Counted from the first letter of the stretch, positions 22,438 through 37,378 are shown. The stretch is 64,000 nucleotides of DNA from Antedon mediterranea (GCF_964355755.1 NC_092671.1:12338001-12402000), one strand, 5' to 3'. The notes: generated by a model not told the origin, from the letters alone. Numbers and translations: made by a program.

Positions 22438-24837
22438 TGAATATAGATTTAAAATTGACAGCCAAGTCTAATGTATGAAAGTAATTGTAAACAACTCAAT
22501 ATTACTTGCAGTGGTCAACCGGAAACAAATTATCATAATTGAACGTGGACATATTTAACAGTAAAAGAGACTGAGAGGAAAAAGTCTTAATGTCGGTCAA
22601 TCTAATAACGGAATAAACCTAATTTAAGCTGTACTCTGAAAAAGAAATTTGAGCTAACAAAATATTACAAGTATCTATTCACTGAAGAGACGTACTGTAT
22701 CAAATTTTAAATTGCATATTGTATTGTTTAAGTATGTTACAGTAAGACCTGATTATTATATCAATATGTTAATAAGATAGATCTGTATTACAGAATGATT
22801 TTCATCATTTTTTTTCAGTAGACTTTATGTCATTTAATGTACAATTCATATCCTTTAACAGTAACTGAACATTATGGAATATATAAACATGTTTCCTCCT
22901 TTTGGTTCGGTGTTTAGAAAGAAATACTGTAGAGGATGCTACATACATCATTTTTGTTATTATGGCAAGAATAACAATTTCTAATATCCCAAATTTCTAA
23001 TATAAATGTTTAAAGTATTGGAAGTGTACATTCAGAAATATAGCATGTTAAAATAGCATACAGTACTGTATCTCGTCCCTAGCATTCAACATGTTATTGA
23101 AAAATATTATTGTTCGTAGTAACTGTTTGTCCAGTGCATATACTATAGTACTTAAAATTTTATATAGATACATGAACTAATTTGTGTATTGTACTGTAGA
23201 CGGCATACAGTAGTTATAAATACTGTGAGATACTGTCTGTGATTTTAAAATATGTAGTACTGTATACTCTATGAATTGTATACCCAAGAACCATGATCAT
23301 AATTGAAATACTGGTATACATATAGCATAGTACCAAGACTGGAAAGAATAGTCAGCTCCCTGGGGGAGAATTTCATGCTGTTGCAGCTAAAGTTGTCATA
23401 ACTAGATTATGATTTGACCCTAACCAGCGCCCTGTGGAGTGAAGACAGAAGGGTATTTGTATTGATGGCTTTCATGTTTAAGCTGAAAAATAATTTTCCA
23501 TGTTGTTAAAATAACGCTAGTGCTTATTACACAGGCTTTTTTTTTCTCGAAAACAATTGTGGTGACAAATACACTCATCTTTAATGGTTCATTTGAAATA
23601 CTTCTCACAATCTAAACATAATTTTGTAGAAGAAAGCAACGGAAATTAGATCCCACCAACAACCCCAACAAAAATACCTTAACTAGTATTACCCATTGTT
23701 ACAAATAACGCGGTTAATACCTATCATATTGTAAACAAAAACAAAGTACTTTAAATGCAGTTGTATTCTGCGAAGCTATCAGTATTACCTAATGACCTAT
23801 GATGACCTTTAGTGACCTTCAAAGACATGTCAAATAATCCAATAGAATAGGATAATCGGTATGAACTTGAGTAGATGCTCAAAAAGATCAAAAACCCATT
23901 TTTTTTCTGTCAATATTATAGTACATAAATTCCCTGTGTTCTAAATGTTATTTTTAGTATGTTTCATTATTTTTTTTAATGTTCTTAATTATTATTATTT
24001 ATTCCTAGAATAGGTTTACAATTAACATACTGTAGTATAGATCTATAATACAGTACATGTGAATCCTAGATATAAACACCAAATTGAATGAATAGAAAGA
24101 TATTATACTAGTCAATCTATCCTAGTATGTTGAGAATGAAATCATTTAATTTACAATGACATAACGATTTCCAGAAGATATAATTCCCACATGAATTTGT
24201 ATCCATTGAATGAGAAGCCTTCAGCTGTGAATTGCCACATAGCGTTCTTAAGACTGAAATAATTCTCTCAACGATAAATCAAAATAATGCATTTGTAACA
24301 TTACAGCAGTAGGTTAGTATAGTTATCTCAGTGTACTGTATATCAGTTATCAATTTGATCATCTCTTTAGTTGATGATATATTTACATATAAACCTTAGA
24401 AGGAAAAAAGGGTGGCTCAGTTGGCTCCACACCTAAATTATGAAAATTGGCTTGCAAAAGGATAGGACATTACGTTTAAAGTTCAGCATTTCAGAATCCT
24501 GGATCTGCTATTAAAAAAGAAACAACATTTTCAAAATAGTTTAAATTATAAAGATGTAGCCAATTCAATAATTATTGTATATCTGAAGCACTTTACCAGG
24601 TCTACATTTTCAATTTTCTTTGTTCCTATCAATATATTGAAGCATATTATATTCTTTTTCCTTCACAATCGGTGTCCAACAATATGCTTGGTTGGGACAG
24701 TTGAGGTGCTGACCGTAGAGAACAAGATACAGCTCATCCCGGTTATATTCTGGAGTTATAGCTCATTTGAAAAAATGATTACAATCTACATTGTGTCCAG
24801 ATTTGTTTATATTTTCTCCACATAACCTATACTTGTA

Positions 24838-26144
24838 CAGGGGCGGATCCAGGATTTAGAAATAGGGGGGGCGTAGCTTTGCGAGCGAAGCGAGCAAACA
24901 TTTGCTGGGGGCCAGGGGGCCGCCAAGGTCCCCCGGTCGGGGTCCAGGGGCCTTCGGCCCCTGGAAATTTTTGCGTTCTAGCGCATTGTAAGTCGTTTAA
25001 AACGATTTACAAACAATTCATAATGTCATTTACCAAACACTCTAAAGCTCGCAAATTACGACATGTGGAACATGCAGCTGATACTTACCTAGGGTACCAA
25101 AGCAAGATAACAACTTGCCTGTACTTTACATCTAAATTTTTACAACGCGACGATGTTTTTCAGCTTTTATATAAGCATAAACTTGTCCTAGCCTAGGCCG
25201 GTATTATTTTCTTACACGCGCGCCGGGTCGATCGCGGTGACTACTTCTTCGCATCCATCATCCATGCAGCTAAAGTAAAATGACGTCACGTTAAAGCGGG
25301 TCGTCACAGAGTCTCATGCATATTAATGAAGCAAACTTGCTGAGAGTGTTTTCCACCACCACGCAACACATGCGACGCGAGATTTATCGAAACTCCGAGC
25401 CATCGACTGACGATCATGTTTTTGACAATTAAAATCACGGCATATTCAACGACCTGGTTTAAACGATCGTTTAAAAATTAGCGGTCCGGCTCGATCATCA
25501 TTACATTATATTTAGTGATTTGAAAAAAACAAAACACCCCTTTTGTCATCGCGATTTGTTTATGAGAATCATCGACGGAAAAGCAAATAAAACACTACAA
25601 GGGTCATGAAATTCTGCATGCAGCATTGTTAATATTTTAATAGTATGTTTTAATAAAATATAGGCATAACGGGATAATTTTCATAGGCACTACAGTCCTA
25701 GCCTTTGTTTTTATTGTATTTAATAAATGGGCGCGTAGTGTAGCACTGACCATGTGACTTCATAAACTCTATTGATCGTCGGAGGTACGTACCGCTACTC
25801 TACAATACGGGAGTGACGATCACAAAGGATGCCGACCTGCTTAGTAAAACGCGACCAAGCTCACCACGTGGCTTTTATCAACTTGCTCCTTTTAGTTTTA
25901 CACTTAACTGTGAATGATCGTTGGTAACTACGCTAGAGATTGATAGTACACAAAGGATGTCGACGTACATGCTTGGTGAAATGCGATCAAGCTGACGATG
26001 TGCTCCGACGTACTATTTTCACTATGACAATGATACGTGTTTTTAAAATCTATTTAATTTAAAAAAAAAAAAAAAAATCTTTAAAAAATAGGGGGGCGTA
26101 CGCCCCCCCCCCAAGCCCCCCCCCCCCCCCTAGATCCGCCACTG
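24838..26144. mobile_element. Non-autonomous hAT-like element with 5-bp TSD (TTGTA)
   Basis: TIR caggggcggatccagg / cctagatccgccactg; ttgta at 24833-24837 and 26145-26149; CpG-rich interior. Confidence 0.8.
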
Positions 26145-28948
26145 TTGTATTAAAACTTAAACTCTGTTTTCCCTAAACTTCATTAATTAATACAGTTGCA
26201 TTTCAAAACAGTATAATCCAGGGGCATGGTTATGTAGAAAATGTATATTCAAAGTAAAGATTAGAATTCTGTGATCACACTGTTAATAAGTCTAGACTTT
26301 ACTATACAAACAATTTATATGATAATACTGTAGTAGTTATGTATGTACATAGATTATTTATAGGTATCTGACATGATCTATAGACTTTGTAGTTGTATTA
26401 ATTAATTAACTGTACACACTGTACGACTGCAGACAACAAATCTGTTTTACATTACATTGTAGTGTATAAGAGAATACGTACTGTAGCTTGTAATAATTGT
26501 TTATACAGGTATATGTCTATATCTTAACAATAAAACCTACATTTGAACTGTCCTATATTAAAAACTACTATACATAAACCCTGTAGTTCTATTCTGAATA
26601 AAAAGACTTGTAAATAATACATTTGTTATAGACTTACTGTAGGGAATTTCACTTTTTGTATGCATTTTGAAGGGTTGTATACCACTTTAAATACATTTGG
26701 TTAAGTGTGAAGGTTAAACAACTTTATATTGTATAAATGATTAACTTCAAAGATTAAAATAACAATTAAGCTGTGAATACTGTATAGCAGATAGTGATAT
26801 ACAATTACTTTGTTTACACAAGCAAGCTATTCTAGAAGGTACAGCCCAAAGGGGTTGTCTATGTTAATAGATTTTGTGCCATATTCAGGTTTTTAAAATA
26901 TTATTGTCATACATCCTGAATTCTCACATGAAAACAAAGCCCATCGTACTGTACTGTATATACTAAATCACCAAAACCCTGATTTGATATCCAAAGAAAT
27001 TGATATAGTAACTGTAAAGTTCCTGATCTTAATTGCCAGAGCAGAATTGCGTCATCCATATTGTTCATTTCCACCCAGATTGCGCTCGGTTAAAAACTAA
27101 CATTAGCTCCCTGATATGGATTAGAGTAAGCTAGTTTGAAATAGGCCATGTTTACTTTTATCAACATGATCAACAAACTGACTTCACATTTTATCCATGG
27201 CATTATCAATTACTTCATTTAATGTGAAGTTTATCTTTTGCTTAAATTGTATGTAGGTCCCTGTTTGAAAGTAGCATGAAATATACTATTGCAGTTGCAT
27301 TAGATTCTCATTTCTGTCTGGTCATTAGCTTGAACCTAACTTTCATCATCATTCATCAACTGGCTTAGGAAACGTGCCGGATCGTTTTGACTTAGCAAAT
27401 GTAGTATACAATAAGATTTATAGCAAACTTGAAGACACACAAGAGGACCATATTGTAAAGATGCATAGTTCATAGCCATTCTTTACATTGGAAGGCTGTA
27501 ATTCTTATTTAACAAATATCATAATTCATGAAGACAACATATGAGTGTATTAAAAGAAAAAGGAGACATGAAATCTGGAGTTTTCTTTTCAAATCTATAA
27601 GATAAATTACTAAACAATTCTAATGTAATTAGTCCACCAAATATACTGCAATTGAATCAGGTCAATAAACTTCATTGTCAAAAATTATATTTCATTTCAT
27701 TATTTATTAGGTCTATTTAAGTATATACAAAACAAACAAAAAACTGAAATTGGGGAGACCAGGGTCAACCTAAGTGAACTTAATCACTGTAGCTGAGCTG
27801 GTTGACCCAACCCCAAATTATATTTCAATTGCATTTGATTTGTCAAATTGCTTAATGCAATTTCTTATTCACAGATAGGGGTGATGGTTAAGGGTGATGG
27901 AAGGGGCGGGAATTATATGAATGAAAAAAGTACAGTATGTACATTGGAAAAACCAATTAGTGTGTGTATCAATCAATGTACTCAATTTCTTATTAATTAA
28001 ATGGAAAAGCACCAAATTATACCAAAAACATTTTTAGTATAAAACAGGGATTGGAAAAGGGAAATATCCTGTTGTAATAATAATAATTATTAATATGACT
28101 CTTATGGCAGCCCCTGCATCTAGTATCTGCCTCAGACCTGTGGTCAAGGTGGGCACTGGACGAGAGAAGCCCCTGATCAATGTCAGGACCAATCAAGGTG
28201 CTTTAAACAGTCCTGGCTTTGTTTGTATCAAACCTGTTAGTGGCGGTAATTATCGCTGTTGGTTTCGATTGAATAAAATAAAATATTAATAATTAACATT
28301 CATAATTTGGAAATCCTTACCTGCTTTTACTAATTTGTTATTATCTTCTCAGTCCTGTTTATGTATTATAGTTTGATTATTCCAAATCACCAATAGATTA
28401 TTAGAGAGTAACCAGATACAGTTAGACACAGAATGAAGTAGGCTGTATGGAAAACTACAATACTCTCAACATAATGTTGCTAAAGTACAGTTATATTCTT
28501 GACTGTAGTGTCTGTTACCCTTCATTAAAATCCATAGTGCTCATCCTATTTGTATTTTAACACTCAACACATTTTTAGTCCTCCATCTTCTATTGTAATG
28601 AGAAACTTCATCTTATAGCTATGTAATATTCAGCCGTTTCTTTTCCTACATTCTCAGTCAGTTCTTTGTTTATGTCAAAATCACATCTTAAACATTGTTC
28701 ATCAAACTTACACAGACAAATTTGTTGCAAACAAAAAGTTGCCGGAATGAGGAACACTAATGGATTAATGGGAAAGCAACATTTTAAGAATAAATATTCA
28801 TCACTCAAATAAATCTAAGCATATTGTGACTGTGCAAGTCATCAATCTAAAATGTAAAGAAGAAAGCTTTTCAAAAAAATTAAAATGTGTCATCAATTGA
28901 AAAACAAGAAATAAGTTTAAAATAGAAATGTAGGACTGTATTGTTTTA

Positions 28949-29082
28949 AGCTCCGTCTACACTATCAAACTCGTTGGAACAAAAAAAGTGTGATGTGCCC
29001 AAATACTGTAGTGATATGCCCAAATATGGTAGTAATATGACATCATCATGTCCATATAAAGTTTGACAGTGTAGACAGAGCT
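28949..29082. mobile_element. Tourist/Harbinger-like MITE
   Basis: TIR agctccgtctacactatcaaac / gtttgacagtgtagacagagct; TTA TSD both sides; sister copy at 32026. Confidence 0.85.
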
Positions 29083-29254
29083 TTAGTTTTAAATTTCAAA
29101 TTACAGAAAAAAACTGTCAGATTCAAAATATGATAGAGATGACTCAAATTTGAGCCACTCAAAAAAATTCTTCTTTATTGAATTTGAATACTGATGTATT
29201 TAATAAAAAAAATAAACATTAATTGATGATATTTTGTTTCCTTTGTCATTTTAG

Positions 29255-29345
29255 ACAAGAAGTAAAAGTATTTGGATTTAGCATTGTGATTGATATGCGA
29301 GGTACAACATGGAATTCAGTCAAACCTCTCCTAAAGATTTTACAG
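29255..29345 (+). CDS. trio: Trio exon 4 (QEVKVFGFSIVIDMRGTTWNSVKPLLKILQ), Sec14 domain
   Basis: tttag acceptor, gtaag donor; matches GF...DMRG..W..KPLLKILQ. Confidence 0.97.
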
Positions 29346-32025
29346 GTAAGATAATGAGCATTAACATGACTCATATACAAGTAAGGCTTTAAAAATTAGG
29401 GTTAGAAAGGAATGCAATAAAAAAAAAGAGGAAAAAATGAATTTTAATAAATTCCTATATTAATTATACACAGTTTTTACAGTCGAAAACCTCACACCTA
29501 ACATTAACAATAACTTTAAATGTACTGTACCTACCTTGTTTAATGTTTAAATATAATTAATTATCTCAATCTTTTATTTACTGAGTTTCCAAGAATTTTG
29601 TGTCATTATATTTTGTTATAATATGGTTTTTTTCTTTTTTTTAAAAAATAAATTGGATATCCATTCATTATATTGATAATTAGCTAATTTCCATGTATAA
29701 TATTTTAAAATATACCAACACTCACTGCACATATACGATTTTCTTATATACTTTTTAAATTAAGGCTAGCCTCTTCCCTTAGAAATAAATATTTTTGTTC
29801 AAATTGTGAAAAATTAGATTTTGGTATATTTGGAAAATTGTTCTATTATATATTATTTACCCAAAAAACTGTCATTATCTTCGAGGCTACTCTGTCGCCT
29901 CTAATCAATTTATAAAGTGTATCTTTGATTAAATGGGATATCTATGTTGATGATGATGTTGTCTCCATTTAGTATACCTTCTTAATAAAACGGATTCAGT
30001 ACTGTACATACTTTTGAGTAAGCAATGACTCACTGGTCTTAACAATCAACAATTGGTTTTAATTAAGTGATGAGAGCATGTACAAGACGCTAGTTTATTT
30101 ATAAACAAGAACACACAGCAGACAATAAAATGATGCACGTTACCACTAGACTAGTCCATATGGCTTGTTTCTGAATCATCATGTCGTTTAGAACAACTAA
30201 ATCATTTATTTTTTCATTGCACATTGTTATAATACTCTTTTCATCTGTTACTGGTTAATCGCGCATTTCTATATATCATCACTGACTTTTGTCCCATCTC
30301 TCATTGTCAATCATAGATTGAAAAGTTAAATTACAAAACTGAACACACTTCAATCCAACTAAAAAATAATTGTTTTCCAATTAACCAATAAAATATATTG
30401 CATTGTGTCAAGATTCATTAAATATACTAATTATGTTATGCTGTAAGGTGATTGGTGGACCTTACTGGTATCTACAGTATACCGTACTATAGATTCTTTA
30501 TATGTATATTATTTCATAATGTTATTTTTATATTTTAAAGTTTTAATATTTATTTGTTCGATGTAAATTACAAATGTCAGACTGAGATACAGTAGGTACA
30601 ATGTTGAAGTACTTCATCAGTGCTGATAACCTTTTATACTACGCACATGGGGATCCATATTTTTTTAATGAGGGAGCAGTATTAGATATTAATAGTCTGT
30701 CAAAATGAAAAAGTAATAACCGCTTACTGTAGATCCACCCCTGATGCAGTACTATAATATAAATACAGTACGCTTATATGCCATAATATAGTACAGTGAG
30801 TATGACATCCTTCAAACAATAAAGTTATTTGTTTGTAATATAAAACTCGGTTTTTCTAAAGTTTTTTAAATTTAAATGAACTTGATGTATATATTTATTG
30901 ACATACCATGTTCCATATAATATCTCAATGACTACAGTACTCTGTCACCCATAAAGGTGCCATGCCATATGGCTTTAATTGTCTGTTTCAAATTATGATT
31001 TTCTACAAGGTAAATTTTAATGTGCATTTTAAACTCATGGGAAATAATGTCTTAACATACCTGATCCCAAACCCTATAAAAATTCCAATTAAAATGTATT
31101 TTTTGCTAACAATTTACCTATTTTTGTGTTACATTTTATCTTTTATACACTTTATCATGAAAACAATATAGTTTTAATTTATTACTAATATAACAAATTG
31201 TTCATTTTAGACCTTACCTTACTGTATACAATATTGGTTATCATGACTACTGTAAATTTGTAGAAATTTATACATAAAATTACTAATAACACCGAAGCAT
31301 TGGATTCCACGTCCATTCTTAACGATAAGAGTCAGTGGTGTATATATACAGGCATTGGCTCTAAACCAGCATGGTCATTTATATTTTGGAAATAAAATTT
31401 TTAAATGGGTAAACTAAGGAAATCTGTGAGAATGAGAAAACGCTGGCCTACAGGTAACCAAAATTCACAACTGTGATCTTTTCTTTTTGATATGCAGACA
31501 TGCAGTACTACCATTTGGCACAATGGAAATTCCATGATACAGTTCAAATTTGATTGGATAGTGACTATTTAACACTATTGATATCGGAAAGTTATTCTAC
31601 CCATGAAGTTAATAAGATCACTGTGTACCGACCAATGTGTACTTCCCACTCTTTAAGAAATCTGTTGATAATAGGAAACTGGTGACAAACCCCTTTGACT
31701 GAAAGATATTTGTTGATGGCATCCATGTACTATAGCATTTTGTAGCTATGTACATTACATCCCAGATAGCTATATGTGATTACTTCAGATTGAACTAAAT
31801 TTTGCAATTCTGTATGACTCAACATACGGATATGGTTGGTGTTGTTATGGTATGAAATGCACTTTAGTGTTTCATACATCATTGCATCAATTAGCTATAT
31901 TGATTGATGTTTGGTAATGTACAGTACTTCATCCTGTATCTAGTCATTATCATACAATGGAATAGAATTATATATGGAAATCATTGGTAATAATCGGACT
32001 GGTGTTAAGAAAATAAGTATTCTAA

Positions 32026-32175
32026 AGCTCTGTCTACACTATCAAACTAGTTGGTCAAAAAAAAGTGTAATGTGTCCAAATATGGTAGTGATGTCCAAAC
32101 ATGGTAGTCATATGATGTCAGCATGTCAATATATAGGCACATTACATTTTTAACTTTGATAGTGTGGACAGAGCT
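32026..32175. mobile_element. Tourist/Harbinger-like MITE, same family as 28949
   Basis: TIR agctctgtctacactatcaaa / tttgatagtgtggacagagct; TAA TSD both sides. Confidence 0.85.
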
Positions 32176-32949
32176 TAATTCTAGAGGTCGGCCGTCAAAA
32201 TCTACATAACTACTTACAGTATAATTATGTAATTTTTATTCAAAGAACCAAAATATTAGCATATTTATCTCATTTCTGAAATTTTAAATTACCTTTTTAT
32301 AACATAGTTTATGTACTAATTTATTTTATGACACTAGTGAACGAACAATTTAAATATTTTTGTCATTGTTATATTTTTAATGTACTGAGATAAATTAAAA
32401 TTGTTAGATAGTGTATTATTCATACTAAATACTGCATTTTTACTTCAGTCTACAAATTACACCAATAAACTGAATACGAGATTCCATAATACTGTATATA
32501 ATGTACTACTACTTTGCAATCTGGTCATTAAAAATATTCTGTCTCATATCTTCTTTGAACTCATTTATCATTTATAATAGAAAAAAATAACAGTGAAATA
32601 GAGTTGTATCGTACACGCTGTGAGAACATCGACATGCATGATTGCACAAATGATACGATCATCCCCAATGTGCATGAGACCCTGATTATTATTATTATGA
32701 CCAGACATGCTATTAGTACAGCTTGGCTATGCTATGATTAGTTGTTAATTCTGAGGTCCAATAAGATTGTGTTCACATTGCTCGTGTGTTCACATTGCTC
32801 GATGTGCTAAAAATCCAAAGTCAAATATAGTCAATATTTTATTTTTAAATGTTTAATAAATTAGGGGTTCTTACTTTTTTTTTTAAACATTTCAATTTAC
32901 CTCTATATGCCAAAGATCAATTAATATATTGTTTGTTGTTATTTATTTG

Positions 32950-33130
32950 GTGACCTCTTCAAAGACTGGTCTCCCAGAGGACCCAGTTATGATCAGTGGC
33001 TGTGATATACCAGTACATCGTGGTGTGACCCCCTACTCGTCCTGAAAGATGTACTAACTTCACAAGTGCACATGAGCTAGATGTGTACACCGGATCTATG
33101 TTTTATAGTCCTTTCTACCACCAGAACCAA
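32950..33130 (-). mobile_element. 5'-truncated copy of the Deu-like SINE
   Basis: Co-linear similarity to 1021-1230 (aaagactggtctcccagagg, gatcagtggctgtgat, aagtgcacatgagcta, ctaccaccagaacca). Confidence 0.8.
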
Positions 33131-36100
33131 ATTATTGTCATTTAGTTTATAATTCATATTAATAATACTAAAAATTGAATGTACTAAAGTACATTATACT
33201 GGTCATGAACTTACTATATATTTATAATTAAATTTTTATGCTCAATTTGTTACCTATATAAATAGACAATAAACAGTTGATTTAACAGAATAATTGACTC
33301 ATATTTAAGTACCCACAGTATATTTGTGTCTACTTTATTGAATATTAATTATCTGCAATTAGCATTCTGTCACTGGCCATTCTTTCACATGCTTGTAATT
33401 TAATTTAAAATCAATGATTATGCTTTATTTGAACACTGGCATTATACTACATTAGATGTACGGTTTTAGAAATATTTTACTTTTATTATGTGTGACAATC
33501 ATTCACTTTGGTAGTAAGTCTGTATTGTTTAGTAATATATGTCAATGTATTTTAATATGGCACTGTAGTCTAGTATGTTTATTCATTGAAAGAATATTTA
33601 TTGAACCCCAGTAATAAAGTCTTCAGTGGCAAGAGCAGTGTGTCAAACAAAAAGAAGAAAAAGTCACTGATCATTGTAAATATATAGTATATTAAAAACT
33701 GTATTTAATATTTATAATATAATAATAATTAATTTTATGATAATATTTGGTTGCATCGAAAAATGTGTTTATAAACCAATTGGATTAATATTTCATTTGC
33801 AATAATTTTCTCAGTATCAGGTACACACATACAAAATTAAGGCATTTTACAGCAAGCTATATTTTATTTATTACTTAATTAAAAATAACAGCCTGAATTT
33901 AAAATGGAGGAGCATGCATGCAAGCAGAGCTTTTATTGATTACAAAACAGCTACTAAACTGAATATAGCCTAGATGCTTTGATAGTCATAAGCTCTTTTA
34001 TTCCTCTTTTATTTTTGACTGGTTAGCTGATGGGTTGTTAGTATTGTTGATGTTAACGCTCGATTTACATCAATTTACTCCTGCTTGGGAGAACGTGCTC
34101 ATTCATGGTGTAGGTGCCTGTGAGGTTGTAATCCTTGGGTTTAATTTCATGTAAATGCACAGAGGCTGTGTTCATATTTTAACTGATATCCTCATGAGAG
34201 TTACCTGAAATGTCTAGATGCTCTTTTCTTTACCTGTGTATTTTTAGGTATCTCACAGTACACTGACATAACAATTTATAAAACAATTCAATATCCTGTT
34301 GAAATTTATGAATTACAAGAACTAAGTAGGACATGTTATGCATGTTTGTTTAAGGAATGAAGGATAGAACAGACAATTCAAGCTATACATGGAATCTACT
34401 ATAATTCAATAGGGTTTTTATTCGTAATGATTTATACTATACAAAGAGGATCGACTCATTCTTATTTGAAAGGCTTGATACAGTTTTTTAACAAGATTCC
34501 TTACACATTGGTAAATAGTTATGTAGTTTTACTGTAGCATGGACCAATAAATTAGGTCCATGGTTTGATTAAGAAAGCGCCATACATCAATCCGTTGAAA
34601 CTAAAAATGTATAGTGCGGATCACCTAAATATAAATGGATCCCTTTATTTATTATCGAAATGAAAATAAAATAAGTAATTGACATAGGTATTTTTAAACC
34701 TTAGATTGCTTTATGTCTTCGTTCAAGTTTATTATATAAATTAAAGTTGTATTAATTCTCGTTCATATCAGTGCTCTCAGACTACTCGGTGCCTTGCACT
34801 GTGTTTATTGAATTTTCTGCGTTTTTTTCATTCATCTGCCTCGGAATTAATCAAGTCTGCATGTGAATCACTTTACTGATGTATAGTTGTTTTGGTCCTT
34901 TGAAATTTATACATACATTAATCATTATTATTATTTTAATTATTTTCAATCATGAACGTTTGCAGTATATTATCACATTCTATTCTAGTCTTCTCTATGT
35001 AAGATTGATGTTGAGAACATTGATCTTTATTCTACACAGGTATATATACAAATAACAAATGTTTATAAGTTGAAATAGGAGAATAGTTTTTTGATGTTGA
35101 AAGATTAACAACGCATATTCAACAAACACAAAGCGTTCATATTTGTTTTATAACACACTTACCGTTCTTGAGTTAACCTCTAGAGTAAACTTTTATTCAA
35201 TTAGTTGGCCCTTCCATCTTGAATCAAATGTACCTTAGGCCACTGGATACTTTGACATCATTTAATATGACTTTCATGGCCAGAACACCACTTGCTCTAG
35301 GTGTCTGAACTAATATTGTGATTACATACATCTTATCTATTTCATTGCATAGTCCTTTAGAACTTATGAGTTGCAACATTGCTTGCCCTTTGTTCTTGTC
35401 CATTGGTATATTGGTTGAACCATGACTAAATATAATATGTCCGCCATGGTATGTTTGTGATTATTCTGCAAGGAATAAAATACATTGGTAGTAAATGTTT
35501 GACTAAATTAAATTATTGTAGCATATAATTAGATGCTTTCTGATCTTATCTTCAATTTTCTTACTTATAATTCTGACTAACATCTTTATTCAGTTCCAAT
35601 GTTCAATAATAAGAAGCTGAAGGCTTCTTTTTAATATTATTTTTGCATTGTTGTCAATTTTGTGTATAGAAATGTTTTCATATAGTAAATTATACTGCTA
35701 TTAAACATTTGATATTGTTTTGTTTCAATACACCTCACAGGTAAGCTCTAGAGACTATGCACTTTACACCTGCAACTCACATTGAACACCTAGCTTTCAA
35801 AGAAATTAACAAGTTTGCGTTCAATACCATTATCTTGTCGTGAATTACCTTTCTATTTTCAACTTTCATATAAATTGACTTAAATTGGCAGATACGTCAA
35901 GAATTAATGGCCAGAAAGAACCGTGTTTCGACAAAGCAATTTCCCTATGGGCAGTTTGTCTACAATTTAGACTAGATTAAACGTTCCTTTTCTTACATAA
36001 TGCAAAGGCTACAGTTGGCTATGGGACATTAAGTTGTTTCTTTACTGAATTTTGACGCAAGAAGCGTGTCAAATTCTCAGTGTGACGAGAAATTCTTTAA

Positions 36101-36885
36101 ATATTTTACTGAATTTTTAGTAAAAGTGACTGAACGTGACAAGAAGATGGCATGAATTTTTGATAAATTTTACACGTAAATTTAAAATAGAAATAAAAAG
36201 TGGACTTTAACCAGAAGTGTTAACATCTTGTTGTGTTGCATCCAGAGATACGTTAGTTTAAACAAAATAGACTTCCCATTTGAGCTCCAAAAGAGCCACT
36301 GTACCTACCTAAAGTACTGTAACTTACTAACAGCCTATCTGTACAAATGATCTTTTCAAATCCTTGTTATTTCACAGTTCCAAAAAATTGTTCTCATAGT
36401 AAACAGCATCAGTACTTAAATTGGTACCATTCCCATTGTGTTTCAAAAGTTCCAAAAATGTTTAGGTTGGCTATATACATGGGATAATGTGAGAAGAGAA
36501 AAAGATTTGACATTTATTTACTTAAGGAAAAACAGTTCACAGCATGTACGGTAGGTAAAAAATAAACGATAACAGTTGAAAAAGGAATGTTTAAAAAGAC
36601 AGATAAAAAGAAAGAAAAAAAAGAAAAAAATATCATAATACATAACATAGGTAAATAGTCATCTTCTAGTAAACATATTGAAGTTTACAATAGATAAGAG
36701 GCATAAGATAAGAATTTTACATATACAGGTCAACTGCTTCTTTCTTTAACATTCTTACAATTGATTCTAAGTGATACCTTGATTGATTGAATGTACTGTA
36801 TTACATTGGTATGCTTTTTCAATATGGTATTGATTAATGTTTAGAAAGAAAATCATTGAGTATGTTTTATATCTTACATTTATAG

Positions 36886-36987
36886 GACTGTTTACCGGAT
36901 CTAATCTACATGGCATTCATCATTAAACCTGACAGTCTCTGGCAAAAACACAAAGCTTCTCTAGGAACATCAAAACTAAAATTTGAG
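36886..36987 (+). CDS. trio: Trio exon 5 (DCLPDLIYMAFIIKPDSLWQKHKASLGTSKLKFE)
   Basis: tttatag acceptor, gtatg donor; matches IIKPD..WQK......SK..FE. Confidence 0.97.
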
Positions 36988-37064
36988 GTATGTTGATTCT
37001 TACAAAGAAAGAAAGTGTGTTTTAAGAAAGGAGCAGGGCTACAGGCTACTAGTCGAATGGAATT

Positions 37065-37190
37065 GTAGCGGTGTAGGTGGGTGGTCAACATGCTTGCCTT
37101 CTAATCCCAATGTCCCGGGTTCAATCCTGAACTAGTGCAAGGGTTGTAACGCATGACTGCAAAACAACTCTACTTCCTAAGCCTCAAATT
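37065..37190 (+). mobile_element. tRNA-derived SINE head
   Basis: A-box-like taggtgggtgg, B box ggttcaatcc; related copy at 60155-60273. Confidence 0.6.
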
Positions 37191-37264
37191 CCTTCCTGTT
37201 GGAAGGGGTAATTATTAGCCTTCCTTTCTTGAGTTTCATTTAAAATATTTGTATTTTTATTTAG

Positions 37265-37378
37265 ACACACATGATATCTCTGGATGGATTACTGAAGGTA
37301 ATAGACATTTCACAGCTCACAGGTGATTTGGAAGGACTATTGCCATATGATCATGAGGAATGGATTGAATTAAGGCTT
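37265..37378 (+). CDS. trio: Trio exon 6 (THMISLDGLLKVIDISQLTGDLEGLLPYDHEEWIELRL), end of Sec14 domain
   Basis: tttag acceptor, gtaagt donor; SQLT...G.L.Y.HEEWIELR motif. Confidence 0.97.

Noticed and set aside
23420-23440. CTCF-like motif ccagcgccctgtgg
   Set aside because: A single partial motif match cannot be supported without binding data.
24879-25196. 105-aa ORF in a hAT-like element
   Set aside because: No transposase motifs; open because of the GC-rich element end.
37065-37135. Possible tRNA genes here and at 1240-1312, 39745-39810 and 60155-60220
   Set aside because: A/B boxes are present but there is no complete cloverleaf; continuation into shared repeat bodies indicates SINE heads.
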